DNA from: Marinobacter sp.
Lineage (GTDB): Bacteria; Pseudomonadota; Gammaproteobacteria; Pseudomonadales; Oleiphilaceae
Reading direction: 5' to 3'
Length of the DNA: 64,000 nt
Assembly: GCA_030457765.1 (NCBI GenBank)
Contig: JAKDUK010000005.1
Location: 12,484 to 76,483, forward strand
The position numbers and the translations under genes are program-made. This document shows positions 41,801 to 51,320 of this stretch, one piece after another; positions within the stretch are counted from its first letter, which is position 1, and every line of letters starts with the position of its first letter. The notes under the pieces are model-generated. The model did not search any database. It was not told the DNA's origin and saw only the letters and a list, made by a program, of their open reading frames with translations.

Positions 41801-42365
41801 TGGTCAAATCGAGAGCATTGGCTTCACTTTATACATGCAATTGCTGGATGAAGCCGTAAAAGCTATCCGCGACGGCCGCACACCCAATGCAGAGCTGCCC
41901 CTGAGCCACGGCACAGAAATGAATCTGCGCATACCTGCACTCATTCCGGAAGACTATCTACCAGATGTTCATAACCGATTGATGCTCTACAAGCGAATTG
42001 CCAGCGTGAGTGACCGTAATGCATTAAAAGAGCTTCAGGTTGAGATGATTGATCGCTTCGGATTATTACCAGAACCGGTCAAAAACCTAATGCAACAAAC
42101 CGAGCTCCGATTGCAGGCTGAAGCCCTGGGCATAGTGAAAGTAGACGCTGGCAAGGAGTGGGGCCGCCTTGAGTTTGGTAATTCAACACCTGTAGACCCA
42201 CTGGTGCTGGTTAAAAAAATGCAATCCGCACCGGATACCTATCGGCTTGAGGGTGCCAACAGTTTCCGTTTTCGGCTGAACGACACCTCAACCAGTGGTA
42301 AACTCGACGGCATTTGTGGAATGCTGGGCGAACTCGTGCCCGAGCAGGGCGCCGTCTCTGCCTGA
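38835..42365 (+). CDS. mfd: Transcription-repair coupling factor
   Basis: 'PDWETLPYD', 'CGDVGFGKTEV', 'DEEH' and 'QLRGRVGR'; 1176 aa. Confidence 0.97.
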   Translation: MNQGAPTSAPLQTLVAPAFPAKSADHRTWGQLHGSSNALAICESARAHKGLTLVITRSTAEAIRLEQSMRFFLGLPAEEDGATMTDDGLELLSLPDWETLPYDLFSPHQDITSRRIRTLHRLPSIERGVIVVPARTLMHRLPPVNYLQGNTLLLETGQSLDMDNWRLQLTTAGYRHAENVYEHGEYAVRGSILDIFPMGSNLPYRIDLFDNEVETLRTFDPETQRSIDRIERIELLPAYEFPWYKEARSGFRNRWFEQFPNANKDAPIYQDVSHGITPPGIEYYLPMFFEETATLFDYLPGTTHVFTAEGLNEAISHFDADTRNRYEDRRHDLHRPILPPASLFLQQDELFGHLKTFPRVTTSAEPAEGAGAINCNSAPLPDIAMNARAADPAGRFKGFLENFAGRVLICAESSGRREALIEHLGEHQLRLQGVANWQEFLADENCTLGITIAPMEQGLVLPDYHVALVTETALFGERVLQRRRREKPTETNDDGYRDLSELRTGSPVVHIDHGVGRYLGLETITVGGDASEFLMLEYAGGSKLYVPVSSLHLISRYAGADTEHAPLHKLGTERWSTAKQKALEKIRDTAAELLDVYARREARKGFAFEDPKEAYRAFAASFPFEETPDQQVAIEAVFEDMTNEKPMDRLVCGDVGFGKTEVAMRAAFLATWSGKQVAVLVPTTLLAQQHYDSFRDRFSDTPVNVELLSRFRSTSQTNKAMEAIENGKADIVIGTHKLLQGDIKFKNLGLVIIDEEHRFGVGQKEKLKALRAEVDMLNLTATPIPRTLNMAMGHLRDLSIIATPPARRLSVKTFVRQRDNPMVKEAILREVLRGGQVYVLHNDVASIEKTAKDLRELVPEARVGVAHGQMRERQLEQIMSDFYHKRFNVLVCTTIIETGIDIPSANTIIIERADKFGLAQLHQLRGRVGRSHHQAYAYLLTPPPKAISSDAKKRLDAIAEAQDLGAGFMLATHDLEIRGAGELLGDEQSGQIESIGFTLYMQLLDEAVKAIRDGRTPNAELPLSHGTEMNLRIPALIPEDYLPDVHNRLMLYKRIASVSDRNALKELQVEMIDRFGLLPEPVKNLMQQTELRLQAEALGIVKVDAGKEWGRLEFGNSTPVDPLVLVKKMQSAPDTYRLEGANSFRFRLNDTSTSGKLDGICGMLGELVPEQGAVSA

Positions 42366-42410
42366 CTCTCGCCTGAAAAGTAAGGGCTTAAATCAAACTG
42401 GAGCAATCTC

Positions 42411-43139
42411 TTGCGCAATGAAGGTAATCGCTTGTGCCGGCTACTGGCACACACTCTACTGACCGCTATTCTGGCAACCACCTCTCTAGCCAGCCAAGCG
42501 CAGCAAACGCCCGACGACTATTACCGGGCCGAGTTCGTTATTTTGGAACGTATTGTCGAACCAGGTAATGTGAGCGAGCGCATGGTTAACCAACAAGTCG
42601 AGCCCCCGGTAAGAACCGACAAGTCCCTTTACCGTATCGATCAAAACGGGTCTGCAAGCTCCTCTTTAAAATTGGTAAACCGCAACCAGCTGCATCTTGG
42701 CAACGCAGCCAATCGGCTTGAAAACAGCGGGAACTACCGAGTGCTTATGGCTGCAGGCTGGTACGAGGCTTTCCCGCCAAATTACGAAGGCGAACCGCTG
42801 CGTATCGAAATAGGAGATTGGCTGACGCAGGCAGGCCAAAGAGAAATCGAAGGGAATATCACAATCGACCGGCAGCGCTACCTGCATGTGAATGTGCATT
42901 TAAACCACTGGCAGGAAAGTAAGATTGCAGCCCCGACCACCAACGAAGACAGCGCAACGGAAGCACAAAACACCGACCTTGCAGCAGGCGACGAGGTGAG
43001 CCTTCAACCTGAAGTGCCGCTGGAATTGCTAACCTGGATCAGAGAAACCCGCAGGATGCGAAGTGAGGAAATCCATTTTCTGGACTCCCCCACCATTGGG
43101 GTTCTGGTGTTTTTCAAGAAGGTTGAGGCAAAGCCCTAA
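42411..43139 (+). CDS. csiV: CsiV-family peptidoglycan-binding protein
   Basis: Signal peptide, 'RYLHVNV' and 'RRMRSEEIHFLDSP..GVL'; follows mfd. Start uncertain. Confidence 0.75.
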   Translation: MRNEGNRLCRLLAHTLLTAILATTSLASQAQQTPDDYYRAEFVILERIVEPGNVSERMVNQQVEPPVRTDKSLYRIDQNGSASSSLKLVNRNQLHLGNAANRLENSGNYRVLMAAGWYEAFPPNYEGEPLRIEIGDWLTQAGQREIEGNITIDRQRYLHVNVHLNHWQESKIAAPTTNEDSATEAQNTDLAAGDEVSLQPEVPLELLTWIRETRRMRSEEIHFLDSPTIGVLVFFKKVEAKP

Positions 43140-43899
43140 GCGCACCAAGGCCGGCCATCGATGCTTCAAGAATGTGCCTGACACCAGTCATGCCCTGCTC
43201 GATGGCCGCTCTGATTTCATCCATGGTAATAATGTGGTCTGATTTGCCTGCGGCCCAGTTAACCACCAGCCCCAAGCATACATACCGCATACCCAGCTCG
43301 GCTGCCAAAGCAGCCTCCGGCATGCCAGTCATCCCTACCAGGTCACAGCCATCTCGCTCCATACGCCTAATTTCAGCTGCGGTTTCCAGCCTGGGCCCCT
43401 GAGTTGCACCATAAACACCAAACCCTGCGTGCAAGACATCCTGATCCCTGGCGGCTTGCATCACGATATCCCGGGTTGCGTTATCGTACGGCCAGGTAAA
43501 ATCGATGTGTGTGACAGCGTCTATCTCGCCCTCAAAGAAGGTGCCTGCCCTGCCCCAGGTATAATCAATAATCTGATCAGGAATAACCACACAGGCTGGC
43601 GTCATATCCGGGTGTATTCCACCCACAGCGTTTACGCCAATCACGGTGCGAACTCCGGCATCATAAAGCGCTTTTATGTTCGCCTTATAGTTCACCTCGT
43701 GGGGCGGGATTTTGTGAGGGTTGCCATGGCGCGACAAAAACACAACCGGCTGGCCATCCAGATGGCCTTCGGTCAGCTCAGATGAAGGGGCGCCCCATGG
43801 CGTGGCAACGGCTCGGGTGCCTGTGATATCCAGGCCTGACAGCGTGGTCAGACCGGTACCGCCAATAATACCAACAGCTTGGCTTGCGATAGAAGTCAC
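43114..43899 (-). CDS. S-methyl-5'-thioinosine/adenosine phosphorylase
   Basis: 'GIIGGTG', 'RHG', 'QGPRLETAAE', 'VGMT' and 'VVNWAAG'. Confidence 0.92.
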   Translation of the reverse strand: MTSIASQAVGIIGGTGLTTLSGLDITGTRAVATPWGAPSSELTEGHLDGQPVVFLSRHGNPHKIPPHEVNYKANIKALYDAGVRTVIGVNAVGGIHPDMTPACVVIPDQIIDYTWGRAGTFFEGEIDAVTHIDFTWPYDNATRDIVMQAARDQDVLHAGFGVYGATQGPRLETAAEIRRMERDGCDLVGMTGMPEAALAAELGMRYVCLGLVVNWAAGKSDHIITMDEIRAAIEQGMTGVRHILEASMAGLGALRALPQPS

Positions 43900-45188
43900 T
43901 CGCCTTCTCCCTCACCATCCATAGATTGCTCGCCGACATCACCTTTGCGGGTGTCGTGGCGGCGACTACGCTGGTGTATGCCATTATCGCGACGGGATGC
44001 CCGCTGCGACTCTTGCGCGTGGTTTTCATCTTCGTCTTGAGGTTCTCTTCTGTCTCGCTCAACGAACTGTATGTTTTCGTTCTCGGGAAGCCGGGTATCT
44101 TCACTAAGATGCAATGTTTGCGTAGGCAGCGCCACCTGGCCGCCATGACCGGTAATAACATCGCTGATTTTCAGCAGAACATCCTGCTTTACCTCGTGGT
44201 AACGCACCCATTGAGTTGTTTTGGTGAAGGCATAAACCATGATATCCAATGAGGATGGACTGAACGCCAAAAAGTTCACGATCAGGGTTTCGTCACTGGC
44301 AATATCTTCGTGGTTTTCAAGCACCGAGCGAATGGCTGAAACCATCGTCGACATTTGACTGATATCTGCGTGGCGGATACCAATATTTTCATAAATGCGC
44401 CGATTAGTCATCCGTGAAGGGTTCTCTACTGCAATGGTCGTGAACACCGCATTTGGTACATATAAAGGGCGTTTATCAAACGTTCGAATGGTGGTCAGAC
44501 GCCAGCCAATTTGTTCCACGATGCCTTCAATACTGCGATCTGGCGAGCGAATCCAGTCACCTACCTTAAATGGCCTGTCCAAGTGGATAATAAAGCCGCC
44601 AAAAAAGTTGGCCAGCAGATCTTTGGCGGCAAAACCCACCGCAATACCGCCAACGCCACCAAATGCCATCACCCCCGAAATGCTGTAACCCAACGACTGC
44701 ATGCTGATCAAAACGGCTGTAACAATCACCACCGCGCGGGACACCTTACTCACCGCGTTTACAGTGGTGTAGTCCATGGGCGTTGTCATTTTTACCGGAG
44801 ACACAAGAATGTTCTCGATGGCCTTAATTATTCTCAACAAAGCCCAAACAGCAATAAAGATAAAACCAATCTGCAACAGGGTTCCATTGGCCTCGAAAAT
44901 CGCTGCATCGGAATAATAATGGGCCACTTCAGCAGCCCAATACACCCCTTGCAGCCAGACAAAAGCCACCACAGGTGTACGGGTAGCGTGCAGTGCTGCG
45001 TCGTCCCAAACATTATCCGTTTTGACAAACCGTCGTTCCAAGGCACCAATAACATGGCCGGCAATGTAGGCAATAATGGCAGTACCCAATACAAGCGCAA
45101 ACACCACAATGCCTACGCGCCACGCCTCGGATAACAGGCCGAAACTCTTGATCCAGCCATTCAGGGCGGTCATCATTTGTCCGATCAT
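43896..45188 (-). CDS. MscS-family mechanosensitive channel (YnaI-like)
   Basis: 'GGVGGIAVGFAAKDLLANFFGG', 'PFKVGDWI' and 'VPNAVF'; charged C-terminal tail. Confidence 0.92.
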   Translation of the reverse strand: MIGQMMTALNGWIKSFGLLSEAWRVGIVVFALVLGTAIIAYIAGHVIGALERRFVKTDNVWDDAALHATRTPVVAFVWLQGVYWAAEVAHYYSDAAIFEANGTLLQIGFIFIAVWALLRIIKAIENILVSPVKMTTPMDYTTVNAVSKVSRAVVIVTAVLISMQSLGYSISGVMAFGGVGGIAVGFAAKDLLANFFGGFIIHLDRPFKVGDWIRSPDRSIEGIVEQIGWRLTTIRTFDKRPLYVPNAVFTTIAVENPSRMTNRRIYENIGIRHADISQMSTMVSAIRSVLENHEDIASDETLIVNFLAFSPSSLDIMVYAFTKTTQWVRYHEVKQDVLLKISDVITGHGGQVALPTQTLHLSEDTRLPENENIQFVERDRREPQDEDENHAQESQRASRRDNGIHQRSRRHDTRKGDVGEQSMDGEGEGE

Positions 45189-45221
45189 GGGGGTCCTTTA
45201 ATCAGTCTTTTCAATAAGAGT

Positions 45222-45722
45222 TCAGCAGATGATAACCAGCATACCCGGGTGAACACGGTCGAACAGCTCAATAACATCATCGTTGCGCATACGAATACAG
45301 CCATGGGATAAGGCTAAACCCATGGGCTCTGTATCGGGCGTACCATGTATGTATATAAAACGACGGAAGGTATCAACCCCGAAACCACGGTTCTTACCTG
45401 GTTCCAGCCCGCAAAGCCAGAGAATGCGACTAAGAATCCAGTCTCGGTCAGGGTGTTTGGCGGCCAATTCGGGGGTATATATTTCACCGGTGGGGCGACG
45501 GGCACGGAAAACGGTATTCGCAGGAAGCTTGTCACCAATCTTGGCACGTATAAAGTGCCTGCCCATTGGCGTACACCCGCTTCCATTTTCCTCACCCGCA
45601 CCGTTAACTGCGGTGGAAACAGCATACCTTGCAACGGCCCCGCCACACTCATCCAGCAGAGTAAGAGTTTGATTGTCTAGGCTGACACTGATTGAGCTGA
45701 CAGTAGGGTTATAATGACTCAA
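45222..45722 (-). CDS. L,D-transpeptidase (YkuD family)
   Basis: 'IYIHGTPD....ALSHGCIRM'. Confidence 0.9.
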   Translation of the reverse strand: MSHYNPTVSSISVSLDNQTLTLLDECGGAVARYAVSTAVNGAGEENGSGCTPMGRHFIRAKIGDKLPANTVFRARRPTGEIYTPELAAKHPDRDWILSRILWLCGLEPGKNRGFGVDTFRRFIYIHGTPDTEPMGLALSHGCIRMRNDDVIELFDRVHPGMLVIIC

Positions 45723-45777
45723 AACGATTGCGACTCCCCCATGGTTTCAGCAGAAAGCCTAACCGAGTGGGCGTCGC

Positions 45778-46455
45778 TCAGGCAACCGGAACGTTGGTGT
45801 CGGTGGGCGGAATCAGCACCGCATCTTGAGCCTGCATGCCAGCAGCCAGGAATGGTACCAGGCGCGCAGCAATTTCTTGAACCGTGGTCTCCACCCCAAG
45901 CTTGTTACGCAAAATGTCTTGCAGTGCATCGCTACTGGACATGGTAAATGCCGTGGCGCCCAACATAAACTGGATACGCCAATAGCGATCTACCGCTGAG
46001 AGCTGCGGTGTTGCACCTTTCAAAAGTCGCATAAAGCGGCCAAAAGGCTCACTGTATTCCTGCTCCAGAAACTTGCGCAAATGCCCCTGTGACTGGGTAT
46101 ATGCCAGCCCCAGCAACCGCATGAAGATCGAAATACCTCGTTCATTGCGTTGCGGCATACGGACAGCGCTTTCTGTAAGCGCCCAAAGTGTTTGATTCAA
46201 GGTAGGTGGTGTACCTTCGCAACTTGCTTCCAGATCATCAAATGCGCTTTCAAGCGTCGCTGAGAAAGGCGTGAGAAAGCGACCAAAAACAGCATGTATT
46301 AACGCATTTTTGGAACCAAAGTGATAATTAACAGCCGCCAGGTTTACTCTGGCCTTGCTGGTAATCATGCGCAGGGAAGTTTCTGAAAAGCCGCGATCGG
46401 CAAACAGCTCTTCTGCGGCGTCTAGGATCCGGTCAACAGTATCAGACTGGGCCAT
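45778..46455 (-). CDS. psrA: TetR-family regulator PsrA
   Basis: 'MAQSDTVDRILDAAEELFA..GFSETSLR.IT...VNLAAVNYHFGSK' and 'SQGHLR'. Confidence 0.9.
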   Translation of the reverse strand: MAQSDTVDRILDAAEELFADRGFSETSLRMITSKARVNLAAVNYHFGSKNALIHAVFGRFLTPFSATLESAFDDLEASCEGTPPTLNQTLWALTESAVRMPQRNERGISIFMRLLGLAYTQSQGHLRKFLEQEYSEPFGRFMRLLKGATPQLSAVDRYWRIQFMLGATAFTMSSSDALQDILRNKLGVETTVQEIAARLVPFLAAGMQAQDAVLIPPTDTNVPVA

Positions 46456-46475
46456 TTTATTTTCAGTGCCTCTAG

Positions 46476-46519
46476 CAAACGTCTGTTTGAAACATACGTT
46501 TGACGCACATTTATGTCAA
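46476..46519 (-). promoter_or_regulatory. psrA sigma70 promoter overlapped by two tandem PsrA boxes (autorepression)
   Basis: Minus strand TTGACA (46519-46514), 17 nt, TATGTT (46496-46491). Boxes CAAAC-GTCT-GTTTG (46476-46489) and GAAAC-ATAC-GTTTG (46489-46502). Confidence 0.85.
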
Positions 46520-47397
46520 GTTCTATCCTCTGGCTCAGCCACTACTGTTTGCCAGCCCTGGTCGATGGCTGCCTGGTGGCCCTCAAAGAAAGCAGCCTGA
46601 ACCCGACCATACGCTTTTTCGGCTTCAAGAAGATAGATTAAATAAAGCCGAATATGCTCTCGCCTGGATAGCGCGCGGGGTAGAGATTTTTGCTCCGATA
46701 ACCCCAAAAGACTGCTGAATCGGGTATTTTTCAGAGCGGGGTTAAACTCAGCCATGCGGGCGCACTGCCAAATTAAACCGTCGCTGCCCTCAAGATGGTC
46801 TGCGTGCTTTCGCGCGTCTCGCATCATTCGTTGGCGTTTGATTAATAAATCTAAATAAGAGGGCGTCGCGGAGTAAATGCCACGAACAACAGGGACTCCC
46901 AGCAGCAAAATAATAACAAACGCACCAAAGCCGCCGCCGGCAATCCAGGCAGGCACAAACCCCGTCAGCCCACTAAGAAAAATCGTTGCCGCAACCAGCG
47001 CACTGAACAACCACAAATCCCGGCGACGGCGGGCGGCTGCTACACTGTAATTATCGGGCCAGTCAGTCATTGCCAGCAGATCAAAATCCATCAACAATAC
47101 ACGATCGCACTGGCGTAACATGAGCCTTAGCTTTCGCTGACGGGACTGTGCTTGTGCCGGACCGTTTTCTTCATGGTTATCAATACTACTGTTTTGCTCT
47201 TGCCCAGGCTGTTCGCCCTCTGCTGGAGAATTCTCAGCGGCGTGGTTGCCAGCATCTGCCTGGCCCTCATGCTGGGCTGCCTGTACCGGCGAGCTACCCT
47301 GGCCTGCACTTTTTACAGTGTTTACCGGCGAAGGAACCGGGTCGGCCGCGCGACCTGGCCGCAACACTGCTTCTGCTGATGTCTGATTCTGAGCCAT
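46516..47397 (-). CDS. Hypothetical membrane protein
   Basis: 293-aa ORF with a low-complexity N-terminus and two adjacent TM segments; no family recognised. Confidence 0.7.
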   Translation of the reverse strand: MAQNQTSAEAVLRPGRAADPVPSPVNTVKSAGQGSSPVQAAQHEGQADAGNHAAENSPAEGEQPGQEQNSSIDNHEENGPAQAQSRQRKLRLMLRQCDRVLLMDFDLLAMTDWPDNYSVAAARRRRDLWLFSALVAATIFLSGLTGFVPAWIAGGGFGAFVIILLLGVPVVRGIYSATPSYLDLLIKRQRMMRDARKHADHLEGSDGLIWQCARMAEFNPALKNTRFSSLLGLSEQKSLPRALSRREHIRLYLIYLLEAEKAYGRVQAAFFEGHQAAIDQGWQTVVAEPEDRT

Positions 47398-47588
47398 GGC
47401 GATGCATCCGATCCGTTAAAAAGCCTTTATTGCCCAACATACTCCTGAGTGGGTATCGACCGCACTTCCTAAACCTTGAGTTAAACAGCTTCATGAAGCG
47501 CTTACCAGCACTCAAACTTGGCAACGGCAACATGGCTGGTTATGATTTCTGCCTCGCGCTGCACTCTGCTCTCTAACGAGGTTTGATT

Positions 47589-48227
47589 ATGTTCACAGGT
47601 ATTGTCCAGGGAATTGCCGTTGTTGAAGAGGTTACGGCTGCCACCGGGCTGAGCTCCTTCGCAATTAGCTTGCCCGACAACAGTGCAGAGGACATCACCA
47701 TTGGTGCGTCTGTGGCCATTAATGGCACTTGCCTGACAGTGACTCGTCAAATCGGCAACACACTGTTTTTTGATGCCATGCAAGAAACGTTAACGCTGAC
47801 AACACTTGGCGCTTTACAGCCGGGCCACAGGATCAACTTTGAGCGAGCAGCGCGGATTGGAGATGAAATTGGCGGGCACCTGCTTTCTGGCCACATTCAT
47901 ACTACTGCAAATGTGGTTGAGATCCTGCGGCCGGAAAATAACGTAACTATTTGGCTTGATGTCCCAGATCAGTGGGCTAGCTATATCTTTCCCAAGGGTT
48001 ATATTGCGATAAATGGCGCCAGCCTCACTATTGGTGAAGTGGCGGGCAATCGGTTCAATGTCCATCTTATTCCCGAAACCCTGAGAGCCACAACCTTCGG
48101 CGAAATCGAAAAGGGTATGGCAGTAAACATCGAGATCGACAGCCAAACACAAACCATCGTAGACACGCTGGCGCGTCTGGGTTACAGCGGTAATGACAGC
48201 CAAAACCGCCCTATTCCCTCGCGGTAA
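47589..48227 (+). CDS. ribC: Riboflavin synthase (alpha chain)
   Basis: MFTGIV N-terminus, 'NGTCLTV', 'GGHLLSGH' and 'VNIEID'. Confidence 0.95.
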   Translation: MFTGIVQGIAVVEEVTAATGLSSFAISLPDNSAEDITIGASVAINGTCLTVTRQIGNTLFFDAMQETLTLTTLGALQPGHRINFERAARIGDEIGGHLLSGHIHTTANVVEILRPENNVTIWLDVPDQWASYIFPKGYIAINGASLTIGEVAGNRFNVHLIPETLRATTFGEIEKGMAVNIEIDSQTQTIVDTLARLGYSGNDSQNRPIPSR

Positions 48228-48245
48228 GAAGAAAAAGCAAAGGTA

Positions 48246-49397
48246 TCAACCTTGCCAGGCTTCGAAGACCACAAATTTTGGGTTGGCATCTAACTGGCGC
48301 ACTTGTGAAAAAAACCGTCGTAAACTTCGATGGTAACCAAGGTGCCGGTTCCCCACCATAAGCAGGCGGCCTGTTGCGGACAAGCCTCGGGACGCCTGTT
48401 CAAAAAGCCTCAAAGCAATATGATCCCCTACCACACCACCTTCATGAAACGGTGGGTTTAGTATGATTCGCTCAAACGGCTCACTGGCGCCCGTTAACCC
48501 ATCTGCATGCACAAACGAAGCCTTGGCCTCGGGAAACGCCGCCTCAATGTTACGGCGTGCGCTAAGCACAGCCTGGCTGGACACATCACTAAACGTTATG
48601 TCGATGTTTGGTTTGGCAGCCAACGCACTCAGGCCGAGAACACCATTACCGCAAGCAAGGTCCAGAACACGGGCATCAGGTTGGCAAGGTTTCACCACAG
48701 ATTCGACATGAGGCAACATTAACCGCGTACCTATATCCAGTTTTTCCCGAGCGAACACAGCCGGCATGGCGTCGACACGCACGCCCGCCCTTTCCAACTG
48801 ATAGCCCTTCCAAGTGCCGGGCCAGTTGCTTAACGTGGCTTGGCCGCGACCACAGGTGATAACACGGGCCTTTTTTACCGCCCGGCTCACATTTTTAACG
48901 TCTATCGCTGCGGCAAACACGTCTACACTGCGATCAGGTAAGTGCTTGATCATTCCGGCAGCCAGTAGGGTTCCGTCAGGTTTGAGTACACTGTTGGCCC
49001 AACGCAGCAACCAGGCCAGATAATCGGTCTCGCGGGGGATTTTCAACAGAACCAGATCGTAAGGGCCTACGGGAGGCTGTTGCCAGCTGTATGTTTGTGC
49101 GGGTGTTGCACGATCAGGGTTCTGGCGGGTATTTTGAGCCAATGCCGCACCTAGCTGGGCATTATCAGCAACCACATCTGGTGAAAACTCAGACAACCCC
49201 AGAGTTAACGCGCCGTACTGATCATCAACCACCAAAACCCGAGAGTTGGGCGCGGCTTCCAGTTGACTCAATGATTCCTGCAAAAGCAGTTCGTCGGCAG
49301 CGCTCCAGGCGCGAAGGCTCGGATCCTCAGTGCCGGGGCGGCTCAAAGCCAAGCTACCACCGGAAAATTCCAGTACAGCGGATGTTATGTCAGGCAA
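48246..49397 (-). CDS. rlmG: rRNA (guanine-N2)-methyltransferase, RlmG-like
   Basis: 'LRAWSAADELL', 'KLDIGTR', 'DLACGNG', 'NPPFH' and 'VGNRHLGY'. Confidence 0.8.
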   Translation of the reverse strand: MPDITSAVLEFSGGSLALSRPGTEDPSLRAWSAADELLLQESLSQLEAAPNSRVLVVDDQYGALTLGLSEFSPDVVADNAQLGAALAQNTRQNPDRATPAQTYSWQQPPVGPYDLVLLKIPRETDYLAWLLRWANSVLKPDGTLLAAGMIKHLPDRSVDVFAAAIDVKNVSRAVKKARVITCGRGQATLSNWPGTWKGYQLERAGVRVDAMPAVFAREKLDIGTRLMLPHVESVVKPCQPDARVLDLACGNGVLGLSALAAKPNIDITFSDVSSQAVLSARRNIEAAFPEAKASFVHADGLTGASEPFERIILNPPFHEGGVVGDHIALRLFEQASRGLSATGRLLMVGNRHLGYHRSLRRFFSQVRQLDANPKFVVFEAWQG

Positions 49398-49430
49398 CTG
49401 GTCACTCTCTGTTTGTTCTTTAATGGAACT

Positions 49431-50495
49431 CTAATTGTTCCGAAAAGCCCGGTACACTGTAAAGCGGCTGTCTTCGTGCAGACGCTCAACTCGGCCAATA
49501 TAACGCTTGATTAGCGGCTCGTAAGGTAAAAAGCTGTTCGCTACCAGGCGCAATTCGCCACCTGGCTTTAGGTGCCGTTTCACGCCTTGAAGGAACTGCT
49601 CAGTCATAGAGATGTCGGTTTTTACCCCCGTATGGAAAGGAGGGTTACTGATAATGGCCGGCCAGAGGCCCTCAAGCCCCAAGAGGCCGTCTAGGGCATA
49701 TATAGTTCCACCGGTGCGGTTACGCTGGTAGGTTTGTCTTGCACAGATCACGGCTTGAGACTGAACATCCACACCGTCAATAATGGCAACCGGCTCTTCA
49801 CGCACAGCCTGCCAAGCCTGAACCCAAGCACCTATAACGCCGGCCCCACACGCAAAATCCAGCAGCCTGTCAGCCCTGATTGGCTGTTCTGCCAGCGTTT
49901 CCAGTAGACTCCGGGTGCCAGTATCCAAACCATTTTGACTGAAAATTCCAGGCAGCCCTGCAACCTCAACCGTTACGCCTGCGCACTCCGCCACCCCCCA
50001 GGTTAACCAGTCTTGAGCCCGAAACCCGGAAGCTGGCTCAATGGCTTCTGCGCACCACACCTGGCAGTGCCGCGCACTGTCAGCTTTGAATGCCTGCGGC
50101 GCCACGGCCTTCAGTTGTTTGATGGCCCCGGCAATGCCTTCTTTTTTCTCGCCAACCAGTATTAATCGCGCCTTGTCTGCGGCAAGCGAGCGGGCAAGCG
50201 CCAGGCGCATTTCAAGCTCAGCGCGAACTTTAGGCAGAAACACCACAATACTGTCGTAGTTACCTTGTGCCAACACAGAGTCTTCATAACCAAAACAGGC
50301 TTGCCAGTTCTGGTTACGCTCAAGGGCATGAAAAACACCGGCATGCTCGCTCATGGCGAGACCGCTGAAAGGAAGCTCTTGCAAAAGGTGCGCAGATGCG
50401 ACACCTAACAAGGCCAAACGACCAGATAGCAGATGCTGGTTTTTAAGCAGCGCCTGATGAGAGTTAGGTAAACCAGAGCCAGAGGAACTTTGCAT
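49431..50495 (-). CDS. rsmC: 16S rRNA m2G1207 methyltransferase, RsmC-like
   Basis: 'DSARHC', 'PGIFS...LDTGT', 'DFACGAG', 'NPPFHTG' and 'VANSFLPY'. Confidence 0.85.
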   Translation of the reverse strand: MQSSSGSGLPNSHQALLKNQHLLSGRLALLGVASAHLLQELPFSGLAMSEHAGVFHALERNQNWQACFGYEDSVLAQGNYDSIVVFLPKVRAELEMRLALARSLAADKARLILVGEKKEGIAGAIKQLKAVAPQAFKADSARHCQVWCAEAIEPASGFRAQDWLTWGVAECAGVTVEVAGLPGIFSQNGLDTGTRSLLETLAEQPIRADRLLDFACGAGVIGAWVQAWQAVREEPVAIIDGVDVQSQAVICARQTYQRNRTGGTIYALDGLLGLEGLWPAIISNPPFHTGVKTDISMTEQFLQGVKRHLKPGGELRLVANSFLPYEPLIKRYIGRVERLHEDSRFTVYRAFRNN

Positions 50496-50517
50496 GAACT
50501 GGAAAGGCCGTGTTGCG

Positions 50518-51204
50518 TTAAAGGCTGGATTTTTTCTGACGACCTGAGCGTACCGGACGCAAGATCAGCTCATCAAGGCTGTTTTGCTTGATCTGCTCCC
50601 AGTTGTCTGCGCCAGAAACCCACAACCCCATATCCCGGAGCAAGCCGTCTGCCACATCGTATACAAAACCGTGAACGTTCAGCCGCTGACCTCGCTTCCA
50701 GGCTTCCTGAACAATGGTGTTCTGGCACACATGGCCTACCTGTTCAATGACGTTCAGCTCACACAATCGGTCGATCTGATCCTGGTCACTGCTACTGGAA
50801 TCGAGAACATTCTGGTGCAGGTCGCGTACATCCTGAACATGCCTCAACCAGTTACTGATCAAGCCAGCTCCCTCATTATGCAAAGCGGCCTTAACACCAC
50901 CGCACCCGTAATGCCCAACCACAAGAATATGCTTAACCTTGAGCACCTCTATGGCGAACTGCAGTACCGATAGGCAGTTAAAATCTGTGTGTACCACCAC
51001 GTTAGCAACGTTTCTGTGCACAAATAACTCGCCCGGCAACAGATCCACAATCTGATTGGCGGGTACTCGACTGTCGGCGCAGCCAATCCACAAGTATTCC
51101 GGCGCCTGTTGGTTCGACAAACGATGAAAAAACTCCGGATCTTCAGCTTTAATACCATCAGCCCAAGCCTGGTTTTTCTCAAGAAGGTGGTCAAGTTGAC
51201 CCAT
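50518..51204 (-). CDS. can: Beta-class carbonic anhydrase
   Basis: 'WIGCADSRV' and 'GHYGCGGV'; ATG 51204 follows GGAG. Confidence 0.93.
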   Translation of the reverse strand: MGQLDHLLEKNQAWADGIKAEDPEFFHRLSNQQAPEYLWIGCADSRVPANQIVDLLPGELFVHRNVANVVVHTDFNCLSVLQFAIEVLKVKHILVVGHYGCGGVKAALHNEGAGLISNWLRHVQDVRDLHQNVLDSSSSDQDQIDRLCELNVIEQVGHVCQNTIVQEAWKRGQRLNVHGFVYDVADGLLRDMGLWVSGADNWEQIKQNSLDELILRPVRSGRQKKSSL

Positions 51205-51320
51205 GTGCACTCTCCATTTCGTGATTCCCGCCCATAATTGAACGGGAATCACGGCTTCAACGCAATACTCAATTTATCTGGATCAAGTCACTGGCTGCGT
51301 TTTTGTCTTGGCAATCAGTA

